Virus record (IMG/VR): IMGVR_UViG_3300031965_000935
Location: 4,792-68,791 of that record
Origin: a virus
Lineage: Duplodnaviria; Caudoviricetes
Strand: one strand, 5' to 3'
DNA length: 64,000 nt
The position numbers and the translations under genes are program-made. This document shows positions 1-8,119 of the stretch, in pieces. A model generated the notes under the pieces. It ran no database searches. It saw only the letters and a program-made list of their open reading frames with translations, and was not told where the DNA came from. Position 1 is the first letter of the stretch. Every line of letters starts with the position of its first letter.

Positions 1-476
1 TGGCGTCGTTTTAGGTTGGCCGCAATGAGGTCAAAAAGCCGAAAGGCAAATTCCAGGATTTCTGAATCGGTGTGCTTCTCGGCCTTATAAGCTGACAAAA
101 GAGAATGAAAACCAACCTCGCGGCTTTCCGCCGATTCTTGAGACATGATGTCTCCCTGCCAGATGAGTAAGACAAGGGGAGTCAGGTATTTAATTTTGTA
201 ACCATTGTGGATAAGATGCTCGAAAAGCATGCGGGCGGCGCAGGTTGACAGCGCCTCGACCGGGAGAAGGTGGTGGTGGTCGAAGCAACCCCGGTCAGGG
301 TCATAAATTCCCCCACAGTCGCCAACAAAATCGGCGAAGGCTATAAGTTCCGGGGCGGGGGTGTTCAGATTGATGAACTTATGAGTTACTTCCTGTCCCT
401 GGCCTGGAAACCGGGAAACTAGCCAGGCAAAGAGAGCGGAATCGCCATCGGGGGAAACGTGGGTTACGCAAAGCAT
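1..476 (-). CDS. MYG1/DHH-like phosphoesterase (3' end runs off the window)
   Basis: Translated by hand, absent from the ORF track: ATG at 476 behind AAGGAG; MLCVTHVSPDGD...FVGDCGGIYDPDRGCFDHHH...; open to base 1. TH..pDgD and D.GG.YDP....FDHH match MYG1/DHH-type motifs. Confidence 0.7.
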   Translation of the reverse strand, partial: MLCVTHVSPDGDSALFAWLVSRFPGQGQEVTHKFINLNTPAPELIAFADFVGDCGGIYDPDRGCFDHHHLLPVEALSTCAARMLFEHLIHNGYKIKYLTPLVLLIWQGDIMSQESAESREVGFHSLLSAYKAEKHTDSEILEFAFRLFDLIAANLKRR

Positions 477-493
477 GAAATTCTCCTTAAAAT

Positions 494-739
494 TTATTTT
501 GAAATTAAAGCCTTCCCGACTGGTTTTATTGCGCTATAGGGCAAACGGCAAAATATTTTGCCAGTAGTGGCGGCTTCCTGATTGCTCGGAAGTATAAACA
601 CTTTCACTGGAGCAATAACATAAGCCAGCACGCCCCACTTCCCAGTATCGGTGACGATCAATAGCGCTGGGTACCAGTCATGGGAAGGGTCTAAAATTTG
701 AACAATAGTTCCTGTTTCGATTTGCATATCGGTTTCCAT
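494..739 (-). CDS. hypothetical early protein
   Basis: Track ORF 494..814; ATG at 739 (METDMQ) preferred because GAGAGG lies upstream. Confidence 0.55.
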   Translation of the reverse strand: METDMQIETGTIVQILDPSHDWYPALLIVTDTGKWGVLAYVIAPVKVFILPSNQEAATTGKIFCRLPYSAIKPVGKALISK

Positions 740-761
740 ACTGTTACCTCTCTTTTCGGGT

Positions 762-1088
762 CTATCTGAATGTGGTAGGCAAAAGATAGGGATACTTATG
801 AGAAGTTTCCCCATCTACCGAAAGAACCTCCTCCGGTTTGATATATTGGAGAGGTTGATAGAAGTGGTGCGATAAATCTTCCGGTTCAAAAACAAAACCG
901 ACTAGCAGTCTGTTTTCGGTATATAAAAACTCTTTTAGTTGTCCTCTCCGCCCATCCGTCAACATAAACAAGCCTTTTTCGTTGGCGGTTGATTGGACTT
1001 TGTGCTTTTCCTCGAAAAATTCAAATTCATCAGATTTACTTGGTTGATGTTGTACAGTTATTTTGATAGTTGCCTCCTTATAATTCAA
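762..1088 (-). CDS. hypothetical early protein
   Basis: 108-aa ORF packed between neighbours; start uncertain. Confidence 0.5.
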   Translation of the reverse strand: MNYKEATIKITVQHQPSKSDEFEFFEEKHKVQSTANEKGLFMLTDGRRGQLKEFLYTENRLLVGFVFEPEDLSHHFYQPLQYIKPEEVLSVDGETSHKYPYLLPTTFR

Positions 1089-1281
1089 CCAGCATCAGCA
1101 GGCCCCAGGGGCCTGGGCTAAGCCGGTACTCTGTCTTTGGCGTGGCCTTCGCCTTGGCCGCCTGAGCCAAGTCCGCTTGGCGCACCAGGTCGGCTATTTG
1201 CTCGTGGGAAAGCCGCCGAAATGCCAGGTATAACCTGACCTCATTCTTGCAACTTTTGAAAATTCGGTTTACAATAGCCAT
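1078..1281 (-). CDS. hypothetical early protein
   Basis: ATG at 1281 (MAIVNRIF) behind AAAGGAG. Confidence 0.55.
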   Translation of the reverse strand: MAIVNRIFKSCKNEVRLYLAFRRLSHEQIADLVRQADLAQAAKAKATPKTEYRLSPGPWGLLMLVEL

Positions 1282-1403
1282 TGTACTTTCATCTCCTTTG
1301 AAATGACCAGCCTGGTGATTCTCGCTCGCCGGGCTGGTCTTTTTTTGTCCCCCCCCAGGCGGCTGGCTGGGCCGCCACGGGGGAAGGACACAGACCAAAA
1401 CTT

Positions 1404-1601
1404 TTAGGAACTTTGAAAGCCTATCACCTCCTTAATTTTCTTGTCTGGTGCCAATGTGGGCTCCGGTTCGGACTCCGGTTCTGGCTCCGGCGGCCAGTGG
1501 CAACTTCCGTCTCCTAGACAGAGTGGACACTGTCCAGGAGCCAAAAAGTCGCAGCCTTGGGGCCTAGTTTTCATGTTTGTATCGTTCATGTTCATGTTCA
1601 T
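1404..1601 (-). CDS. small protein with CPLC-x-C motif and PEPE tract
   Basis: ATG behind AAGGAG; first gene of the leftward unit. Confidence 0.45.
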   Translation of the reverse strand: MNMNMNDTNMKTRPQGCDFLAPGQCPLCLGDGSCHWPPEPEPESEPEPTLAPDKKIKEVIGFQSS

Positions 1602-1772
1602 CTTGTATTCTCCTTATCTTTTTCTATCCAGCCCGCCGACGGCTTAGGCTTCTGATATATTTGCTGTGATGAAGGCAACCGATCCTCCTACGAGGTTTGG
1701 CCGCCGGGCGGGTCAGATGATTAAGAGAATATTATCATATAATATAATACTTGTCAAGTACGAATATTCCAC

Positions 1773-1801
1773 TTGACAGATTATTTTTTTTAGAGTATGA
1801 T
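1773..1801 (+). promoter_or_regulatory. sigma70-type promoter for the HTH gene; probable divergent leftward promoter at about 1729-1757
   Basis: TTGACA(1773-1778)-17 bp-TATGAT(1796-1801). A minus-strand TTGACA at 1752-1757 is followed by an AT-rich spacer and GATAAT with imperfect spacing. Confidence 0.75.
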
Positions 1802-1894
1802 TTATTATGGCAATGAATAGAGGTTAGTCATTTGTCCCTGGTCCTTTGTCCTTTGCAAATGACTAATGACAAATGACAAAGGATTAACACCGAG

Positions 1895-2347
1895 GTGACA
1901 ATGAACAATATACCAAAAATTTTATCCGTAAAGGGCTGGAGTCCATATCGTCTCTGGCAGGCCCTGGGCGGCCGGCCTTCAGACCGGACACTTGCCTATA
2001 AGCTAGCCAGGCCGGAGGAAAGCCTGGACTTCAAGAAATGGGCGACCATGATTAAGGTCGCTCAGGTTCTGGAAGTATCTCTGGCGACTTTGGCCGCCAA
2101 TGGGGAGGCGGAAATTGAGTTTCAACCGGGGCATATTGTCCCAGCTGGAAACAATATTCCGGTCCTCTTGAGCCAGCGGGAGATGACCCAGTACGGGTTA
2201 GCAAAGGCCCTCGGCGGGGAATCGAGCCACTTTGCCCTGGCGTACAAACTGGGCAAAGGAAAGGAGTCGCTGGCGGCAAAGCAGTGGGGGACCCTGGTCA
2301 GGGTGGCCGAGATTTTAGAGGTTGACATAGAGGACTTGGCAAAGTAG
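1895..2347 (+). CDS. tandem (duplicated) Cro/CI-type HTH regulator
   Basis: Two homologous halves: NNIP..L...LGG.....LAYKL....ESL..K.W.T...VA..LEV....LA. Sits at the divergent promoter. Confidence 0.75.
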   Translation: MTMNNIPKILSVKGWSPYRLWQALGGRPSDRTLAYKLARPEESLDFKKWATMIKVAQVLEVSLATLAANGEAEIEFQPGHIVPAGNNIPVLLSQREMTQYGLAKALGGESSHFALAYKLGKGKESLAAKQWGTLVRVAEILEVDIEDLAK

Positions 2348-2361
2348 GTCAGAGGAGAGTA

Positions 2362-2436
2362 CAATAATAAAAAACCCGCTGTGGGGGCGGGCTTTTTTGG
2401 CGACGTTTATTTTTGGGGGAGGTATCACGTCTATGA
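2362..2436 (-). ncRNA. candidate cis-antisense sRNA covering the leader-peptide RBS
   Basis: Minus-strand promoter TTGAAT(2470-2465)-17-TATAAT(2447-2442); transcript would contain AUACCUCCCCC and end at the 2368-2398 hairpin. Confidence 0.5.
2368..2398. terminator. bidirectional intrinsic terminator
   Basis: A-run, cccgc stem with gcggg, T-run. Confidence 0.6.
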
Positions 2437-2492
2437 CCAGTATTATACCTTATTTTTCCGTGAAATTCAAATTTAATGGGTGGCGGCTATGA
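2433..2492 (+). CDS. 19-aa leader peptide MTSIIPYFSVKFKFNGWRL
   Basis: GGGGAGGT RBS; its TGA overlaps the ATG at 2489 of the next gene (ATGA coupling). Confidence 0.5.
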   Translation: MTSIIPYFSVKFKFNGWRL

Positions 2493-2872
2493 AGCGCACC
2501 CTACCGGATCGGAATCAAGCAGAGGTAGTCGAGGCCCTGGAGCGATGTGGGTTTGTGGTCATTTCGCTTCATAATGTGCCGGCGGCAACACAGGACAAAT
2601 CTCTGCAGGGGCTGCCAGATTTGCTGGCGATTCAGGCTGAAGGTTTGACTCTCATAGGGGACTTCAACCAGCGCCAGGTTCTGGCTGTGCTGCAAAAGGT
2701 CGACGGCCTCATCGTCCTGAGAGGGGCGGCGGTGCCGGTAGAGGTAAAGGTTGAGGGGGAATCGCTCCGGCCCGACCAGGTGGGTTGGTGGGCGCGAGTA
2801 GGGTTGTACCCGTTGGTATTGCGCTCCGCGGGGGCGGTATTCGATTGGTTTGGCCGGAGGGTTTCGGGATGA
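2489..2872 (+). CDS. VRR-NUC-like PD-(D/E)xK nuclease
   Basis: D.NQ.E(V/I)V.AL...G, GLPDLL, VEVK, L..DQ..W. ATG at 2489 preferred over the track start 2480. Confidence 0.7.
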   Translation: MKRTLPDRNQAEVVEALERCGFVVISLHNVPAATQDKSLQGLPDLLAIQAEGLTLIGDFNQRQVLAVLQKVDGLIVLRGAAVPVEVKVEGESLRPDQVGWWARVGLYPLVLRSAGAVFDWFGRRVSG

Positions 2873-3075
2873 TTAAAGCCGTCCCCTGTTTCCACTGTGC
2901 CACCCCTTACACTCTGTCTGAAACAGACGAGTATTATTGTCCTAAATGTGACCTCAAGGCAGCGATTCAGAAAATCCCCCTGAAGCACATCTTTGATTAC
3001 CGCCCAGGGGCGCTGAAATTCAAACTAATAGACGACCATTTCCATGCTCTGGAATGGCCTACCAAAACCAAATAG
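2869..3075 (+). CDS. small zinc-finger protein
   Basis: CFHC...CPKC; ATGA overlap with the upstream gene. Confidence 0.55.
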   Translation: MIKAVPCFHCATPYTLSETDEYYCPKCDLKAAIQKIPLKHIFDYRPGALKFKLIDDHFHALEWPTKTK

Positions 3076-3137
3076 CCCGGCGGCGACCGGGCTATCGGCA
3101 ATAACGACCCTGTTAATTTTCTGAAGGAGACAACGCT

Positions 3138-4097
3138 ATGTTAACATATAATCCGACATCTGTCAAATTTTCATCCCTCTTGGCTGATATTATTCTTGCC
3201 GTTGACCAGGGGGACAGCCCTGATAGCAAGTTTCCCGACCGGAAGGGAGAGTACTGGGCCTTGTGCCCTTTCCATCCCGATTCCCATGCGGGGAACTTTT
3301 CGGTATCAGAAAAGGGGTACAAGTGCTTTTCTTGCGGGGCGGCGGGGGGCCTACAGGCTCTGGCCGCTCATCTGGGCCTGCAGCCGGGAAAACCCCAGGG
3401 CGAGGCGGAAAGGGCGGCCTGGTTTGTCGAAAAAGAGCGCCGCCTGACTGAGGGCAGGGAGAAAGCCCGCTCAGTCCTTGAAAAATTGCAACACAAGCGG
3501 CCTGATCTGATTTATTACAGTAACCTGAATGGGCAGGCCGAAACCGTGATGAGAACCTGGGGGCTGACCCAGGAAACGGTAGACCTGTTCAAGATAGGTT
3601 ACTGTAGTCATTGTCCTACTTCCCCCGATTCGGATAGCTTCACGATTCCCTATTACCACCATACCAAGGTCATTAACCTGCGCCATCGGCTGATAAAGCC
3701 AAACGGCCAGGGTAAATATCGGCCCGAAGCGGCCGGCCTGCCTGCAACTATTTTTAATGCCGATCTCCTCGATTCGGAAAAGTGGATTGTGCTTGTCGAG
3801 GGGGAATTTAAGGCCATGGTCTTGACGCAGTACGGTCTGCCGGCGATAGCGATTCCCGGTGTGACTGCGTTCAAAGAGGATTGGGCGCAAAGGTTTAGCC
3901 AGGTGGACAAAGCACATGTCTGCCTGGACTGGGGAACTGAAACCCAGGCTCGGCGAATCGGCGGCCTGCTCAGCCAGGCTGGAGTTGATGTCTGGCTAGT
4001 GACGTTGCCGGTTGCCAAACCGGACGATTTTTTTGTTGCTTATGGCGGGACAGTCCGCCAATTTTGCAAATATTTAGAATCGGGGAGGAAGGTCTAA
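3138..4097 (+). CDS. DNA primase (CHC2 zinc finger plus TOPRIM)
   Basis: LCPFHPD...YKCFSCGAAG; LVEGEFKAM; KPDD. Confidence 0.9.
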   Translation: MLTYNPTSVKFSSLLADIILAVDQGDSPDSKFPDRKGEYWALCPFHPDSHAGNFSVSEKGYKCFSCGAAGGLQALAAHLGLQPGKPQGEAERAAWFVEKERRLTEGREKARSVLEKLQHKRPDLIYYSNLNGQAETVMRTWGLTQETVDLFKIGYCSHCPTSPDSDSFTIPYYHHTKVINLRHRLIKPNGQGKYRPEAAGLPATIFNADLLDSEKWIVLVEGEFKAMVLTQYGLPAIAIPGVTAFKEDWAQRFSQVDKAHVCLDWGTETQARRIGGLLSQAGVDVWLVTLPVAKPDDFFVAYGGTVRQFCKYLESGRKV

Positions 4098-4098
4098 A

Positions 4099-4506
4099 AT
4101 GTTAAGTAGGCTGCTAGAAAGATTTATTACCGGTCAGGATGAATACCATAAAGTCCTGGCCCGCTGTGAAAGCCCTATTGAAAGGCAATTTTGCCAGGCG
4201 GCTTATCCTCATCTGTCTGTCTATGGCAAGCTAGAGTCTCAGGTCTGGCTTTGCGATTACCGGGTGGACTTTTTACTACATCAGATTAAGGCCGCCCCCC
4301 GGCTCAAGGTTGTCATTGAGATAGACGGCCATGATTATCATTCAAGCCCTGAGCAGCGCGACCAGGATACTGAGCGCGACCGGGTGCTGTCCCGGGCTGG
4401 CTATCAGATAGTACGATTCACCGGCCGGCAGGTCAGGCGGTCGGCGCAGGGGTGCGCCAAGGAAGCGGTAGAACTATTACAGAATTGTATCAAGTGTTGG
4501 AGATGA
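4099..4506 (+). CDS. DUF559/Vsr-like endonuclease
   Basis: ESPIE, YRVDF, IEIDGHDYH, D.ERD..L...GY...RFTG. Confidence 0.85.
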   Translation: MLSRLLERFITGQDEYHKVLARCESPIERQFCQAAYPHLSVYGKLESQVWLCDYRVDFLLHQIKAAPRLKVVIEIDGHDYHSSPEQRDQDTERDRVLSRAGYQIVRFTGRQVRRSAQGCAKEAVELLQNCIKCWR

Positions 4507-4510
4507 AACA

Positions 4511-5479
4511 ATGAGTAGCAAACTTTTAATCAACGAACCACCTTTACAGGTCTTGCCCTCTCTAGCCTGCCGGGTAGGACTTAATGAGGCTATTTTTTTG
4601 CAACAGCTACATTATTGGCTAGAGAATCCTAAAATTGGAAAATTGGTTGATCAAAACAAATGGATTCGGAATACAATTGACCAGTGGCAAGAAAACTTTC
4701 CTTTCTGGTCAGACAAGACAATAAAGAGGGTAATCGCATCTCTCAGAGAAAAAAGATTGGTCATTACCCGAAACGATCTAAACCAGTTGGGAATAGATAA
4801 TACAAACTGGTATACGATTGATTATAAAGTTTTGGTAGACCTGGCCGATGGGCCCAAAAGGGCTGTCCATGGGGACAAGTTGTCCCCATGGACGGGACAA
4901 GTTGTCCCTACCCATGGGGACAAGTTGTCCCCACCATTAACCATAGACTACCCAAAGAAAACAAACATATATATGCCGCCTAACGGCGGCGCAGGCAAAT
5001 TATCTGTTTTGGCCCCTGAATCGCAGCCAGAGAAATCCCCTAAAACTAATAGCCAAAAGCTGGAGCCTTCAGCCCAGGACGAGCTAATGGTTTTTGGTAT
5101 CTACGGCCATCAGCAAGCGCCAGCCGGGTCCTTTGCAGAAGAACTGGAAAACTCCGGCTGGCTATTACGCAGTAATACTGTAGCCGACGCCCTGGAAGCC
5201 TTCCTGAAGGCTGGCCGGGCGGCGGGTTTGGCCCTGCCCTTGCCCAACAGCGATTCACGGCGCAAGGACTGGGGTAAGTCCCTGGCCGGGCACATAGACG
5301 ACTGGGGCCTGGAATCGCTCAGAGGGGGCCGTTATCAGGCGGTTTTTAGCCTGGCAAAAGAGGGAGACTGGTTAAACAGAATAAGCCGGCCCGGGGCCGT
5401 AGACAAGGCCCTGGGCATGGTTGAAAATGAAATCGTCTCCTCGACCGTCAGGAATGAGGACGGCAGTTACAATTTTTAG
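4511..5479 (+). CDS. phage replication initiator (N-terminal wHTH)
   Basis: LLINE.PLQVLPSLA..VGLNEAIFLQQLHYW...FPFWS..TIKR..LR; central repeat region; precedes the helicase. Confidence 0.8.
   Translation: MSSKLLINEPPLQVLPSLACRVGLNEAIFLQQLHYWLENPKIGKLVDQNKWIRNTIDQWQENFPFWSDKTIKRVIASLREKRLVITRNDLNQLGIDNTNWYTIDYKVLVDLADGPKRAVHGDKLSPWTGQVVPTHGDKLSPPLTIDYPKKTNIYMPPNGGAGKLSVLAPESQPEKSPKTNSQKLEPSAQDELMVFGIYGHQQAPAGSFAEELENSGWLLRSNTVADALEAFLKAGRAAGLALPLPNSDSRRKDWGKSLAGHIDDWGLESLRGGRYQAVFSLAKEGDWLNRISRPGAVDKALGMVENEIVSSTVRNEDGSYNF
4867..4933. repeat. three palindromic GGGACAAGTTGTCCC units (putative origin iterons)
   Basis: ccatggggacaa-g-ttgtccccatgg (4867-4891) plus copies at 4894-4908 and 4912-4933. 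Confidence 0.75.
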
Positions 5480-5590
5480 TCCTTTGTCCCTGGTCATTGG
5501 TTTCGACGTGAGCTCAGCCGAACGGTCATTTGCAATGACTGCTAACAAATGACCTGATGACAAAGGACGAATGACAAAAGACTAATGACT
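5478..5590. repeat. intergenic heptamer hairpin (GTCATTT/AATGACT/AAAGGAC type) around a REP-like core
   Basis: Same family at about 1825-1885, 14285-14405, 24400-24470, 26810-26880, 32565-32670, 50700-50765. Confidence 0.7.
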
Positions 5591-5609
5591 ATTAGAAAGG
5601 CTGCTTACC

Positions 5610-6647
5610 ATGAAAAATACAAAAGAATTTTTTGACCCGACGCGGGCCATTTATACGCCGCCGGAAACTGCGGCTTATGGGGCGCAATTTATTGCCCGGC
5701 TCAAAGAACAAAAATTGCCCGGCCTGAGCCTGGGCATCCCGGAGATAAAAGACTACATGCCGCCGATTCTACCGGGGGAACTGGCGATTATGATTGCCCA
5801 GACCTCCAACTACAAATCCGGTTTTTTCCATCACATCGAGGAAAACGCCTCCCGCCAGCTCGAGCGGGAAGGGCGGGAAGAAATCCTGATTCATATTTCG
5901 GTCGAGGAGGGGATCGAGTCTCAGGCGGTCTTACTCCTTTCCCGCGAATCGGGCAACCCTGGCCGCGACCTGGCCAGGGGTATCTATCAGGACTGGAATA
6001 GACTGGAGCAGGCGGCGATTCGTATAGGTACTATTCCTATCTACCGCATAGGCGAATCTCTGGCCAGGGCTGAGGACATGCCTTTCCTGACCATCAGTAA
6101 CATGGTCAGAGCCATCAAACTTCTGGCCTCTGGCGAGATTACGGGCAAGCCGCTCAAGATAGCTGGCCTCTTTTTTGATTATCTTCAGGCGTTCCCGGCT
6201 GACCCGGAGGCGGCCAAATTTTTGCCTGACAAACAAAGACGTATGCAAGTTTACATGGATGTAAAGCGGTTGCGCCAGGCGGCGCGCTACTTTGAGTGTC
6301 CGGTCTGGGTGGCAGTCCAGGCGCGGGAAGTGCTGAAAGGCGCGCCTGGCCGCAACATGCTAATCCCTGGTATCTATGACGGTCAAGAATCAAGCTTCAT
6401 TGCTCAACATGCCGACCGGGTTTGCCAGGGCTGGATGCCAAAGACGACGCACCCGGTCGGAGAAATGGTCATCCATAAAGGTGTCTCATTTCAGGTAGAT
6501 GAGAACCTGTTTTTTTTCAAGGTCGGCAAACAAAAGAATAACCTGCCTGCCGGCCGTAGCTGGAAATGCCGGATTGACTTTCAACGAAACATCATTGCCC
6601 CAGAGATTGATTTTGAGGAAACAAATGACTATGCAAGGTTCAGGTGA
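5610..6647 (+). CDS. DnaB-like replicative helicase (divergent Walker A)
   Basis: PGEL....AQTSNYKS, ISVEE, FFDYLQ, VAVQA.R, SSFIAQHAD. Confidence 0.75.
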   Translation: MKNTKEFFDPTRAIYTPPETAAYGAQFIARLKEQKLPGLSLGIPEIKDYMPPILPGELAIMIAQTSNYKSGFFHHIEENASRQLEREGREEILIHISVEEGIESQAVLLLSRESGNPGRDLARGIYQDWNRLEQAAIRIGTIPIYRIGESLARAEDMPFLTISNMVRAIKLLASGEITGKPLKIAGLFFDYLQAFPADPEAAKFLPDKQRRMQVYMDVKRLRQAARYFECPVWVAVQAREVLKGAPGRNMLIPGIYDGQESSFIAQHADRVCQGWMPKTTHPVGEMVIHKGVSFQVDENLFFFKVGKQKNNLPAGRSWKCRIDFQRNIIAPEIDFEETNDYARFR

Positions 6648-7788
6648 GACCGGAAAAACGGCAGGCATCCTCTTTTCCGGTTTTGATGCGGTCGGAATCG
6701 GCATGCTTCAGGCAGGCATTTCGCCCGCCTGGGCCATTGAGAAAGAACCGGAAATAGCGGCGGTGGCTCAGATGAATCTTAGCCATAAAATCATCGTGGC
6801 CGACATTCTGAGCATTGACCCGGCCCTGCTCGAGCAAGTAGACCTGTTACACGCTTCGCCGCCGTGTCCTTCGTTTAGCATCGCTAATGCGGGCGCTCTG
6901 GAGACGGAGATTGACTTAGCCCTGGCCCGGAAGGTGGCTGAATTTGTCCGGGTCCTAAAGCCGCGATTTTTTACGTTGGAAAATGTGCGCCTTTACCGCA
7001 AAAGCGAATCATGGTTGAAGATAATTCTACCGGCGCTTTTTGCAGGCGGCTATATGGTAGATGCTGCTGTGTTATGCGCCGCCGCTTTTGGCGTTCCTCA
7101 AGAGCGCTGGCGGTTCATTGTCCGGGCGGTGCGCGGCGGATTTGTGCCCTGGCTGCCGCCGGCCGAACCGTGGCAGGGGTGGTTTCAGGCAGTCGAGGAT
7201 TTGATACCCGGCTTACCTGAGAGCCAGTTTGCCGGCTGGCAGATGGCTGTGATGCCGGAAAACCTAAAAACTATCATTGTGGCAAATGGCTATTATGAAA
7301 ATTTGGTTCATCGCGCGGCGGAAGAGCCGATTTTTACTATTACGGCTAATAGTAATCAAGCAGGGCTCAAGGCATTTATCGTTAATAGCCAGCAGACAAA
7401 CCCCTCGCGCCCGTTGACCGTAAGAGATCAGGATGACCCGATGTTTACAATACTGAGTAACATGCTAGCCAAAAATTCGCCGCCGAAGGCTTTCATCGTG
7501 GATTGCCAATATGGTGGCGATCCGAAAAAAGAAACTCGCGGGCTGACTATCAGTCCTGATAGTCAGCCCATGTTTACCGTAATGGCCGGGCAGAATCGGC
7601 GAACCATCCGGGCGCAGCTTTCAACCGGGCGGGTTGTCTCGATGTCTGTCCACGCGCTGGCCCGGTTTCAGTCCTTCCCGAATTGGTACAGGCTGCCGGA
7701 AAATAAAATCCTTGCCTGCAAAGGTATCGGCAATGCCTACCCCTCCCTCTGGTATCGCAAGCTGGCAGAGGGGTTGATAAAATCGTGA
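6625..7788 (+). CDS. DNA cytosine-C5 methyltransferase
   Basis: LFSG, WAIEK, SPPCPSFS, LENV, GVPQ.R.R, ARFQSFP, GIGNA. ATG at 6625 behind GAGGA preferred. Confidence 0.9.
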   Translation: MTMQGSGETGKTAGILFSGFDAVGIGMLQAGISPAWAIEKEPEIAAVAQMNLSHKIIVADILSIDPALLEQVDLLHASPPCPSFSIANAGALETEIDLALARKVAEFVRVLKPRFFTLENVRLYRKSESWLKIILPALFAGGYMVDAAVLCAAAFGVPQERWRFIVRAVRGGFVPWLPPAEPWQGWFQAVEDLIPGLPESQFAGWQMAVMPENLKTIIVANGYYENLVHRAAEEPIFTITANSNQAGLKAFIVNSQQTNPSRPLTVRDQDDPMFTILSNMLAKNSPPKAFIVDCQYGGDPKKETRGLTISPDSQPMFTVMAGQNRRTIRAQLSTGRVVSMSVHALARFQSFPNWYRLPENKILACKGIGNAYPSLWYRKLAEGLIKS

Positions 7789-7970
7789 ACCTTGAGAAGA
7801 TAAAGGAACACCTCGAAAATCCTACCACTCGTCGCGAGGCTCTGGCGGCCCTGGCTGAATGGGTCAGCAAAACTTGTCTGCTCTTTGGTTCAGAGGTAGA
7901 CATCGCTTATCAGGTGGCCGCCACATTTATCAGGGGGATTGAAGCATCTTACAAGGAAAATATTTCTTGA
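7785..7970 (+). CDS. hypothetical protein
   Basis: 61-aa ORF coupled to the methylase stop. Confidence 0.55.
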   Translation: MNLEKIKEHLENPTTRREALAALAEWVSKTCLLFGSEVDIAYQVAATFIRGIEASYKENIS

Positions 7971-8116
7971 CAGATAATACTAGTTATAGCGTGCTTCTAA
8001 AATTGCTTGAAATTTATGGTTTCACCCTGGACGAACTAACCCAACTCAATTGGCAGAAACTACAGCCGGGGAGTGTAAGAGGTGAACAATGGATGAAAGT
8101 GGGGGGGGGGATGTAG
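7967..8116 (+). CDS. 49-aa hypothetical protein ending in a G10 tract
   Basis: TTG overlapping the upstream TGA; fills the gap to the N6 methylase; translated by hand. Confidence 0.4.
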   Translation: MTDNTSYSVLLKLLEIYGFTLDELTQLNWQKLQPGSVRGEQWMKVGGGM

Positions 8117-8119
8117 ACC

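Noticed and set aside
1445-1495. GGCTCCGGTTC(G/T) repeat as a DNA element
   Set aside because: Explained by the PEPEPESEPEP tract of the minus-strand ORF.
7967-7995. TTGACA as a promoter -35
   Set aside because: No -10 at 16-18 bp; better explained as a TTG start overlapping a stop codon.
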